Shown: positions 1-10,805 of the stretch, in pieces
Layout of the letters: the number at the start of each line of letters is the position of its first letter
Numbering within the stretch: position 1 is the stretch's first letter
Assembly (NCBI GenBank): GCA_950097015.1
Contig: CATNEN010000025.1
Location: forward strand, 2,108,001-2,172,000
Direction of reading: 5' to 3'
DNA: 64,000 bases
Source: Macrostomum hystrix
Taxonomy: Eukaryota; Animalia; Platyhelminthes
Program-made: the position numbers and the translations under genes
Notes under the pieces: model-generated
The model's database searches: none
What the model was told of the DNA's origin: nothing
Seen by the model: only the letters and a program-made list of their open reading frames with translations

Positions 1-2
1 AG

Positions 3-557
3 ACTACGGAACAGTGCGACGCTTATGCACTGCTTCAGTGCCGCGGCAAGCAGCAGTCCGAGTACTGGATCGCCTGCCCTGCCGATGGCTACTATTTCTT
101 CACCGTCTACGCCGGCGAAGCTGCTGCCTCTTCAACAGCTGACGATGTCGACGAAGCTGCGTCTAGCGGCGGCGAAGATCTTGAATGCGTCTATCGACTG
201 CTGATCGACTGCAGGCGGGGCCTTGGCAAGGTGCCAGCCTACCCCAACCAGACCAGCCTGTTCAACGGCTGCTTCCTGCACGAGCCGTTGCAGCAGCACC
301 TGGATGTTGGCAGGAAGTACACCTTCAAGCTGGAGGCCAGGCACTGCCGCTTGGTGGCCGTCGTGCTGAACGGCAAGACCTGGATTGATCTGCAGCAGGG
401 CAAGGCGGGCGGCGGCGTCTGGTCCAAGAAGTTGAACGTCGGGGAAGAGCTTGGCGAGCTGTCAATCTATGGCCAGTTTGACGCTGACGAGGAGGGCAAG
501 TTTAATAAACTGCTGGACTATGACATTGTGCAACGCCTGTCCAATGTGCACAAGTAG
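3..557 (+). CDS. 3' end (terminal exon, 5'-truncated by window) of a kyphoscoliosis peptidase/hillarin-like protein, KY-type Ig-like domain
   Basis: Frame is open from base 3 to TAG 555-557. It reads ...YWIACPADGYYFFTVYAG...ECVYRLLIDC...VPAYP...GCFLHEPLQQHL...YTFKLEARHCRLVAVV..KTWIDL..GGVWSKK..LSIYGQF...FNKLLDYDI. This matches the P..G.Y...VYA / YLI.C / C.L.EP / VAVV / W.G / LL.Y pattern I recall for KY/hillarin C-terminal domains. Confidence 0.7.
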   Translation, partial: TTEQCDAYALLQCRGKQQSEYWIACPADGYYFFTVYAGEAAASSTADDVDEAASSGGEDLECVYRLLIDCRRGLGKVPAYPNQTSLFNGCFLHEPLQQHLDVGRKYTFKLEARHCRLVAVVLNGKTWIDLQQGKAGGGVWSKKLNVGEELGELSIYGQFDADEEGKFNKLLDYDIVQRLSNVHK

Positions 558-2448
558 GTTTTGAGCACTGTTTCTGTTACTTTATATAAAAATACATTCC
601 TTTTGTTATATTACTCAACAATCGCTGTGATTATCTCATAACATTCCAATTCATTTTTTTATTCTATTGTCTATCATAGCTTAGCCTGTGACTTATTCTG
701 CTTTGTACATGAGAACTGGCATTTATATTATCGTTTTTATGCCATATCAAATGCGTGGACCATTTCTTAAATCTGTTTTCTTTTTTAGCGAACATTTTAA
801 CAACATTTCTATCCTACGCACTAAACTAAAAACAAGTATTTGTCAGTAACTACGAGTTTATGAGACTTACTATATTATAGCTCAATGTGGATGACAAAAA
901 AAGAAAATTCTAGGTTTGAGATCAACTACTATTGAGTTGACTCATTCGTTGGGCCGTCCTACTCACAGGCACTCGTACCCGAGAGGCAAGACAGTTCTTC
1001 ATTCTTTAACTCTCTATTCTTTTTATCTGCATAAACAGTTGAAGCAGGGAGGGGGGAGAGAATGAGTAGATAGAAGACTTGTCACAGGATAGCAGGAGGG
1101 TGTGTGGAGTTGTGGCTGTACGAGTGGGTCAAGCTGATGAGTAAAGCTCACGATAGTAAAGCTACTCACCACACCAATTACTGTGCTATAGTTCAGCAGT
1201 ATGATTCACTATCTTGAGCCCTGCCTGTTCGTAGCCTTCAATTTATGTGTTCGTGAGTTGTTAATGCAAATCTGTATATGCTTTTCTACGGCAAAATTTT
1301 AACCGTTTTATCTTTTCGGCTGTGGTGATTTTTTCGATTCCGTTTTTCTTCTAGATTTTCATTGTTCAATTTTGTGGTAAAGCTTTTTTTAAACTTATAC
1401 GCGTCGTTAGCAATCAGTCGGATAGATAAATTTGTAACTTGTGTTAATAGTCTTGCAGCTTATTTCCAGACAATAATATTTCAAGTAGTAAATTAAATTA
1501 TCATCGCTTATGTTTTCTGTTCTTACTTCTGTTACAACATTTAATACTCTTATCGTCTTGTACAGACGCTGAAGTGATTTTGATTTGATGTGTTTTCGCT
1601 CTGTCAGCAACTTGTTTTAGCTATAATACGCTCGTAAATATGTCACCTTGGAAATATTACTTGTGTATGTACTGAAGTATAAAGTTCTTAATCAGTTTTA
1701 TATTTATAAACTCAGTGATAATTAATAGCTCTTGATTAAATTGGCTGTGCTACTTAAGAAAATTGTGATTTTCTTACTGATACTTAATGATTCGTCATAA
1801 ATCTGTCATAATTATATCAATAAATTACTGGAATTGTGTGTTAAATTCGGTTTACACTTTTCTATATTTATCGAAGTTAATCATAAAAAGAAAAGCTGTC
1901 ATTTTTTGTGAATTTCTAAAAGCAAGTTTTTAGGATCGATGACAAAGTGACTATTTACTAATGAGTCTGTGATGGACTAGTACGCAATATTTTAATAAGC
2001 AATTAAATGGTAACATTAGATATAAGATATATAAAGTTATTTTCTGAGGCAAAATATGTCAAGGAGAAGTGAAGAGAAAAAAATTAAATTAGTGCACGAA
2101 ACACCATTTCTGGATTTGCTTGGTTTGAAAACCATGTAGACCAAGGAAACTACGACAATTATTGTTTAAAAAACGTGGACAATGTTTCCCTAGCTAAAAA
2201 ATATTTTTTATACATATTTTCCTTTCAATCTTGATTTCCCTAATGACAATAGGATTTCTCACACATTCGGATTTTCCTGGTTTTTGTATTTCTTTGACAT
2301 AGGGATTTCCCAGGTATTTGGACTTCCCTGAAAATTGTATTTCTCAGACATTAGAATTTATTTGGTATTTGTTACAATTAAGTTTCAGGGAAATCCATTT
2401 GGTATTTTTTGTTTTCTTGAAACTGAGATTTTTCTCACATTGGGATTA

Positions 2449-2600
2449 CCAGACTTTGGGAATTCTCAGACTTTGGGATTCCCCTGACTTTGGGATTCCC
2501 CAGACTTTGGGATTCCCCTGAATTTGGGATTTCCCATACTTTGGGATTCCCCTGACTTTGGGATTCCCTGAATTTTAGGATTTCCCTGACTAGGATTTCC
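2449..2600 (+). repeat. Degenerate ~17-bp minisatellite (ctgactttgggattccc), about 9 units, within a longer GGGATTTCCC-rich tract (about 2230-2830)
   Basis: Units are directly visible at 2449-2600. Confidence 0.8.
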
Positions 2601-2909
2601 CTGGCAATATGACTTTACTGTATAACGGGATTTTTACTAGTTATTTTGATTTCCTTGATATTAAGATTTTCCAGGTGTTTGGATTTCCCTAATAAGGTGA
2701 TTTCCCTTGTATTGGGATTTCCCTATTATTAGTAGGAATATCGCTACTAAGGAAATTTAATGGGTATTTACCTGCAGTTAGGATTTGCCTTAAATAGGGC
2801 GTTCCTTGAACAATTGAGATAATCTGTGACATATCGATTTCCTAATCATGGATTTCCTTAACTACAAACTCACAAAAAGGGAATTTTATAGCATCCCATG
2901 GCAATATTC

Positions 2910-5900
2910 TTAGACTCGCTTCGTCCCAGCCGCCTGAGTAGGAGTGGCTCCAGAATTTTTCAGAAGCATTCGCACCAGGCTGTGCATGTCCTGGCTTTGC
3001 TGCTTCTGCTGCTGCTGCTCCTGCTGCTGCTGCTCAACCCGACTGGTCTTTAGCGTCTTGTCACCGTTGCGGCTGAGGACTGTTGAGTCGACTTCGCTTT
3101 GATAGCCGGAACGGCTGGACTGGAATGGTTAGTTGGCCGGGGGATTTTTAATCCCGTTCAAAAACAGTTAAATAAAAAATTAGAAAGAAAAAACTGCATA
3201 TAGCAGGCTGGGCCGAAACTGGGATTCTGAGAACAAAGGTTCCTACAAACTATGGACTGAGATTATTGAACCAATATGGATTCGCCCTAGAGGGTTATAC
3301 AGAGCAATGTTATAGTTGTCCTTGTCATCAGGGTATTCAACAAGAATTGCTGAATATCTCTTCGATCCTGACGTCAGACGGCCTTGAAAGTCAGTTCACC
3401 GTAAATGGCGGAAAATTATGATTCATATGATGGACTTTCACAAGAATCGGGCATTCGGTTTGGGAGCTGTCGTCAAGTAGGCAGTGGGTATTTGAAATAT
3501 CCCCATGGCCTTTCCCCAGGGGAAAATTAGCATGGTCTTCTACTGTTAAATGAAGGGTTCATAGACGCATGGCAAGAGACATTTAAGCACTGAGAGCCCA
3601 CCATCGATCAGCGTCGAAATCGCGATTTCTTTCACGAATCTCGTAGATGGTCTTGTCCATAGACTGCAGTCATTAATCGACCAAAAGTGAGCTTAAACGA
3701 ATCGGAGTCGCTCATGGGCCAAAAGCATTAGGAGCAAACTGAAGGTTTTTAAGACACAACCGAATGCTTCTAATGTTACTAATAGTAATAGTTACTATAG
3801 TAACACAAGAAGATAGTAGGCTTTAATTGGATGGGTACCTAAAACTTCCTGTTGTAGTGAGAAATTTACCGTCCCATCGCCGGTGGACCGGAATCGATTA
3901 TCTGACGCTCCGCTCTCAAAGAGGTCGATATGCTCAATGAGTGCGGCCAGGTGAACTTGAGATTGGCGTCTCACGTAGCCAGCCCCGACCTGCTGCTGCT
4001 GCGGCTGCGGCTCAAAGCCGTCCAGATCGTCTAGATTTGTTGTTTTCGAGTTCATGTCGTCTCGTTGACCTTTCTCGGCGAGTTCCTGTTATGCCAGGCG
4101 GGTTTCTGTGAGTTAATTATCTTTTTTAATCCAAGCTAAAGAAGATTGTGAATTCACCTGTCTGGCGCAGTACAATTGAGCTTCGCACTCGGTCAGCTTC
4201 TTCACCGCCAGCCTTTGCTCGCGCCTGGAGCGCTGCAGATCGCGCAGGGCCCGTCCGCAGCGCGCCTCGCTGTCCTGCAGTCTGGCCTGCAGGCGGCTCA
4301 ACTCGCGACTCAGCGCCACGGAGTCGCCGCCGACAACTGCGCTGCTTGACACCGGGAGCTGCCGTTCGGTTGGGAACAGGAGCAATAATCAGCGGGCTGT
4401 GGGCACTAAATTTTGGCCGAATTCGACTTACAGCCATGGGGAAGGCAATTCTGCCCATTCCAGTGACACATTTAGAGCACGCATTCCCGCAAGTGTGTTC
4501 ATCTACCCAGACTTTCTCATCGTCGAGCAGTGTGAATTGTCACTGTGCCAAGGTGGTTGGCCATTGTGTATTGTGTTTCTCTTGAGAGTCCAAGTTAATG
4601 TGGCCTCGACGCGGATTCGAACTTAGGTACCCTGGTGCGGACTTGACTCAGAGATGCTCGTTTTTACAGGATCAAGTCCAACGCCTGCGAATGTCTAGGA
4701 CTAAAATAGCCATTCTATACCAATGCGTCTGTCCCAGCCATCAATTCGTACAGACTTTCCATCCAATGAGCACCGGCATTTAAGATACTATTTTTCTGAC
4801 GCTTAACATAAGATTAAAGTGACCCGAAGCCTTTAGCCCTCAACCCTCAATACTCGACTCCTCGAAACGAAATACTCGAAACGAAAAAGTATAAAACATA
4901 CTTATCAGACCCAACCTCGAACTCTGACTCCGTCTCGAGTCTCTCGAAAGATAAGTGCTGCTGCAATACTCTTGAGTTCTAATAAATATTGTTGTTCTAA
5001 TATTAGTTTTGCGCGGTTAAAAATTTTGTATTATGGCTAACATCAGGGACAAAAAACTATGACGTCACTCTTAAAAGTACTTTTCAATTATTTAGACGCG
5101 CTACCACTTTGCTAGTCACCCCCATTAGTGATTGATGCGCCAGGAGCAAACCTGATAGTCCGTCCGCACGTAGCTGGCCAAATCCCTCAGCTGCCTGGCC
5201 GCGTCGGGTCCGGCCAGAGAGTCGCGTTGCACGGACTCCGCTAATTGAACCAGTCGCCACTGGAAGCTGCGATTCTCAGCGCCAACCACCGCTAGGAGCT
5301 GCGCCATGCCGGACCCGGCGTCCTCCCGTTTGGCCTCGTCGGCACGTGCCCTGGCAGCCTCGCTAGCGGCCTGCTCGAGACGACGTCGAAGCTGTTGAAG
5401 TTCGCCAGCTAGGCGGCGTTCACGGCTTGCTGCTCGTGCGGCCGCCTCCGCGGAAGCGGCGCGAGCCGTCTCCAGCTCGCTACGCAGGCTGCTCTCGATG
5501 CGTGCGACACACTCGCGAAGGTGGGCACCGGCGGCGGCTAGCTGGCGGAGCTCCTCATGTTCAATAGTCGGCGTCATTGTCGCGTCTTTCAGACGGCGCT
5601 GCAAGTTGGCGTCCGTCCGATAAGCCAAATCTCGCAGCCGATGCTCAGCTGAGTCAATATCGAAGGAGTCATCAGTCATGTCGTCGTTTTCCAGTTGTTT
5701 TCTGAGCTCAGCAGCGCTCTGCCTGAGTTTTGCGGCCTCCAATGTAGGCGACCTCATTGGCTGCAGCGCAGATGGTGGCGGTGGCAGCGCCAACGTCGGT
5801 GGGAGATTTCCGAACCGGCCACGCTGATCTGATTTGGCGAGCCACCGTTTTAACTGCAGCGCGCTGACCTCCAGGTCATGCACTCGACGCTCGGTGACGG

Positions 5901-7247
5901 CCAGCTCACCGTCAAGCGTGGCCGAGGATATTGGCAGAGGAGACGGAATCGGCGAAGGCGAGGGCAACGGAGATGGCGAAGGTGAACGGGTCGGTAATGG
6001 CGACGGAGTTGGCGATCTTGATAGAGAAGGCGTAAACGATTGCAATGGCGGCGGTATCGGAGAGGTCGAGAACGAGCGCTCAGCCGATTTCGCAGCCACA
6101 GGTCTAAGTTGATTGCTGTATGTTAGGTAAGAGGGAAACGATGATTGGGAGGTTTCTCCTAGGAATTTAATGGCGTAAAATTTTACAAAGATGTACATTT
6201 TGAAGCACACAGCTCGCAATGGGAATTTTCAGTTTCTATGATTAGGACTGCATTTCGTTGAGCGGCGTACCATTACAATAGAAGAATTATCCAATATGGA
6301 AAATGCCCAGTGAATACTCGATAAACGGAAACAACGACTTTGGTGCCTAATTTAGCTTTAATTTGAATAATTTGAACGCTGACGCTGAGACACGATGGAC
6401 TTGAGCGTCTTAACGTTGAGACGCTGAAGGACTCGCTCGAACAGCAAGTAAACGCTGCGCACGCCGGCCTGCTGCGCGCCCGGAGACGCAGCGTTTTTAT
6501 GATGACGCATGTAACGTTGATGTTTTTATTAGCTGTTTGTTGCTTGTTGTTACTTCGCAAAGAGCGAAGTACATGTGCGAGCGTGAAGCAACCAACTCAC
6601 CAAACCTCAAATCCAACACTCTAAAAAATTAAAGTAGTCGCAATCTGACTACTTCAAAGTGACTAACCCGTTTCGATACTGCAACGGAACCTCAAGTGTA
6701 GCGGCCAGCCTTCCTGCCGCGGTCGCTGCGTCCTCCTTCGCCCTGACCTTGGCTGCCCTCAAAGTTTCACCCTCCTCACGAAGCGGCTGCAGCGACAGGG
6801 ATTCACCGTTGGCGTGCATCAGCTGCCGCTCCGCCACCTGCAGCCGCTCCTGCAGTCGAAGATTCTCAGTCTTCAGTTCGACAATTTTGTCCGCCGTCGC
6901 CTGCACGAACGTCTTGGCATCCTCGGTCACGACCGCTGAGACTTCCGCGGAGCCCTCCTCGTCCAAGACATCGACCTCCGGCTCCGGCTCGCTGTCGTTT
7001 GTCTCCTGCTCGTCGCTGTTGTCATCGACTAGACCCGGGTGCAATTTGCCACCTAACACGCCGTTGATATACGAGCCTACTGGCGTAGTGCTTGGCAACC
7101 TGCGTGACAACCAACATTCTAAATAAGCTCCATCATGTCTCGGTTGCTAAGGTGCTATTGAAAACTCTAAAAATATTTATTTATTTTAACTCACTCATCT
7201 CCGCGTGACCTCCCCACGGTGCTGGCGCTGTCGCTAGCGTAAGACAT
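2910..7247 (-). CDS. Multi-exon coiled-coil protein of unknown family (~687 aa) with acidic and Pro/Ser-rich segments
   Basis: Exons on the minus strand: 7195-7247, 6668-7099, 5152-6103, 4158-4358, 3870-4085, 2910-3119. All introns are GT-AG with compatible phases (2,2,0,0,0). Total is 2064 nt = 688 codons ending TAA. Heptad-like stretches include [23 protein letters not shown] and [16 protein letters not shown]. The start ATG at 7247 is tentative because the frame stays open to about 7347. Confidence 0.75.
3265..3545 (+). mobile_element. Truncated copy of the CAGTAG...CTACTG inverted-repeat (MITE/foldback-like) family, inside the intron 3120-3869
   Basis: 3265-3350 aligns with 15597-15681 and with the reverse complement of 54229-54300. 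It ends ggtcttctactg|TTAA at 3545. Confidence 0.6.
4430..4690 (-). mobile_element. Decayed tRNA-derived SINE in the intron 4359-5151
   Basis: B-box-like AGTTCGAATCC (reverse complement of 4613-4623). The downstream body (ggcacagtga..cactgc..gacg..ggggtagat..acacac..atgggcagaattgcc) is shared with 42095-42330. Confidence 0.5.
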
Positions 7248-9069
7248 TCGTCGATAATCGCCCACCGTGTGATCCAATTGGCGTCTCGGTTTGTAGCTGC
7301 TATTCGACGAGGAAGCCTGCTGGAGACTGCGGATGAGCGCCTTCAGTTATGCCTGAATCTGCCACACAGACAGACAAAAGGTTTTACTCGTAGATACACT
7401 GCCATTACTCACCCCATTCCTCCACCATCAACGCCGTCGTAGGCTTTCTGTGGAATGAAGAAGGTAAGATTAAAAATGAGATGAGAATTACCTGATAACT
7501 GTTGTAAACTTTCCGATTTCTATAGTTGAAAAGCCGCAAACAATTTACAATTCCGCGTTTCCGATGAGACGCGTATACATAAACGAAGTCTCCTAGTTTT
7601 CCTGCTACTTAATAGAGAGTTCTAAGTGTTCTAAGAATTTTTTGATTAGATAATTTACCCGGCCCCTCTTGGCCATGGCGGCAACGAAGCGAAAGTTCTT
7701 CCCCTTCTTCTCGGCGGGGACTGGGCGCTCACGCTCCTTCGGCTTCCTGGCTGATGGCATATAAAAGACTTGGCTTACACTACAATTTCCTTCTGTTATC
7801 TGGCAGGCTAAATATGAGTTCTGCTGCTGCTGTTTCAGCTCAAATAGTTGTACCACAATTGTTCCAGCAATATACTATGCAGGACATGGTGCTGTGGGTT
7901 TGTCTCCACTCCCTATCCACATGGAGTCTACATGGTATAACGTCCTTTTTGAGCCGTCCAGGTTGAGGGGTTTGAGGAGGGAAGTTTTATACTTCAGAAT
8001 TAGCTATTTCAGACGAGAAGAAAGAAGAGAGTAAAAAGGGCGCATACTGAAAAGCAGCTGTTCCTCGATCTTCTCGAAGGCCCTATCCAATGAGTTTCGA
8101 TCTGTATGAATAGCTGACTATACCGCGAATTAGGAAATGCAGACCCGCCCACATTCGACATATTGAGTTTGTAAAACTACATTGCAGCGTTTGGAGCTTA
8201 TCCATATAGCACTTGGCGCTATTGAAATATTTTAGATTCGTCTCTAGTCTATCGATGTCTAGCTTATTGACTATTCTTATTATCTTCGATTGTTGTTTCT
8301 GACAAAAGCCAATTACGAAAGGCTATTTCTAAGAAATAAGGAGGCGTGGGAAATCGACTATCTTTTCCTGATGTTACACACACTTTAGATATTATGCTTT
8401 CAATCGGATTATATTTAGATGGTCTTAGAAAAAGCAATCACCAAGATGGAACTTCCTATAAAATTTACTGAGAGGTGTTTCCCAAACACAAACGGTAGGT
8501 GGTTACTTACGGATCCTCTTTTGAGATCACAGCTGGGGGGAGAGAGGTCTTTTAATAAAAGGTTGGGTGGGAGTTCAATGAATTCTAACTTCAATGGAAT
8601 GAACTAAAGTTCAACTAAAGTATATTCAAAACTTTGTAGCTTGCCTGGGATGGAAAAGGCTAGCAAAGAGAGTGAGTGAGTTTTTTAAGCACGGCTTGCT
8701 TGTACTAAAAGATTTCGGAGAGGACAGGGTTGGGGAAACACTTTTCTCTCAGTGCAAGAACTTTTATAGTGCTTGACCAAAGGCGGTCATTCGACAGGAG
8801 ACTCTGAGCGAATCCTGGAGCTCTTGCATACGCATTTTCGCATAATAGGAAAACAGGATATTTTTTGGTTTTTTATCAGCGCATATAGGTGTGAATCGCA
8901 TGGGCCAAACTGTAACACTTCACTATGACTTAACAAAAAATACTTTCTTAAAGTTTACCGCTTTCTAACAATACACCGATATCAATGATATAGTAATAAA
9001 CGGCTATGAGTGCTGCAATGTTTTTAAAACTTTGCAGTACGAATAGCCGTTTATCACTGGCATTGTATA

Positions 9070-9203
9070 CTTTTGGACCACAGACAGTTGGGGCGTGCAA
9101 CAATCAGTCTCACGGAGCGGATATAGCCAGCGGTCTCGCGGGGCGTGCAGCAATCGATTATTTTGTCGATTGGTGCACGCCCTAAATGTCTATGGTCCAA
9201 AAG
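9070..9203. mobile_element. 134-bp MITE-like element with ~36-bp imperfect terminal inverted repeats
   Basis: Left cttttggaccacagacagttggggcgtgcaacaatc vs reverse complement of right cttttggaccatagacatttagggcgtgcaccaatc. No clear TSD. Confidence 0.6.
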
Positions 9204-9492
9204 AAGACCGCCTGACTTAGGGCAGCAAGAGAACTCAGTTTGGGGAAGGCTGTAAGACAGCGAGACGAGCTGGCGGGGTTCGGGACATAGACAGTAAAGG
9301 CGTACAACAATCAGGCTTCATTGGTGGCTGGGAAAAAAAACCCTCCAAAAGTGTACAATGGGCTGCAGAGGGCTGGGAACGAGCTAAACGTTGAAGCGCG
9401 TGGCTTTAGTCTATGGCAAAAATTCAAATTTGTATTTATTTTGTTGCAATGCTCAAGTACAATATGGGCTACAATAGGAATGGGCTAACTAC

Positions 9493-10805
9493 ACTTGTAA
9501 AATTCAATCCATACGCCCTCGATCACGATCAATCGAAAATTATAATGAATCTACGATCGTTAAAAATTTGCACATAGGCTCGTATTAGTGTGAAATTCCT
9601 ATCTAGAATAGAATATGGATCCCCATGTGCAAGTCCCACGCAAGGGTGGACCTGTTGTTTCTAAGAAACTTGTGGTTTCTTCCAAAGTTCACGAATAAGT
9701 GGCTCTGATTCATTTATGTACACTGATTTCGACAAAATAATTACTATCGAGGCTTATGACGCACTTACATTTGAATGTCTACAGTAGGCATATAAAAGTA
9801 CCACGGGGAGAAACTTTACAAGAAATTGGAATGACGTGAAATCGGAAAATTTCTCGAAAATTACCTATTTTCGCCGCACCTGAACGGAGCCACACGGGCA
9901 CATTAAATTTTAGAGCACAGGCCATCCCAGTACTACTAAAGTAGAAGGACGCAGCACTCGAAATATATGGATCGAAAAATTATTTGAAGGCCACTTTTTA
10001 TTGATTTCTTTTTTAAACATATGCACCAAGAAAGGGGTACTTTTATTCGCTGGGACTTTCAAAATGTATCCCATATTAATTGGTATATAGCATTTAGGGC
10101 TTACCATATTATAGTTTACTAGCTACGAGTATAGTGTGCATTGTGCTTCCAAGTTATGACTAGGTATTGACTGGCAAGACCTAAAAATGTACGTAAATTA
10201 AACTATATTAAACTACAAATAAGCAATACAATACGGGAGATTTGCGACTTACGTCTCGGGACAAAGCGGCCTTTAAAACTTTTACTTAAAACACGAGTGT
10301 TACGTCCTGTATAAACGTTACTTTAGTAGACGGGATCCGCAACAGAAATCAAATGAGAAGGGCAACATTGGGGCCTTGGTTGTCTGCTTGGGGATATAGA
10401 TCGTTTCTCTGCTAAAGGGCGTCATAGTTCTCTGCCATTAGTAGCCAGGGCTGAGCAGAAATGCTCATAGTAAAATAGGTTCATAAGGAAAAAAATTATT
10501 TTTATTAACTTTAAACTATCTCGAGACTTGGACGAATTTGAATGACTACTAAAAGTAATTTGAAATTTAATAAATCAAAATTAAATCTCATACTATTATA
10601 GACTTTAAGTTGTGAGGCATGAATTTATTATTAAAGTGCAATTAATTGAATTTTTTCTATGTTTTCTATACTAATGCCATCGATGCACGCGTGATGGTCG
10701 AGTGAAATTGGATAATTGTTGTAAACGGGACTTGTACAATTCAACCCACACGACCTCGATCACGATCAATCGAAAATTATATTGAATCTACGATCGTTAA
10801 AAATT
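9493..10805 (+). repeat. Two ~75-bp direct repeats (9493-9567 and 10730-10805)
   Basis: acttgta.aattcaa.cca.acg.cctcgatcacgatcaatcgaaaattata.tgaatctacgatcgttaaaaatt occurs at both sites. Confidence 0.75.

Noticed and set aside
3320-3335. CTGATGA on the minus strand as a hammerhead core
   Set aside because: No stem II plus GAAA follows, and the sister copies read CTGGCGA and CTGGTGA.
3550-3720. Possible Penelope GIY-YIG tail (minus strand, [16 protein letters not shown])
   Set aside because: The similarity is only a few residues and no other PLE motif is visible.
4630-4695. Extra exon for the coiled-coil gene
   Set aside because: It breaks phase downstream, the flanking exons join directly in phase 0, and the segment is a SINE head.
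5834-6112. Plus-strand GDG/GEG-repeat ORF
   Set aside because: It is the antisense of the Pro/Ser-rich exon of the coiled-coil gene.
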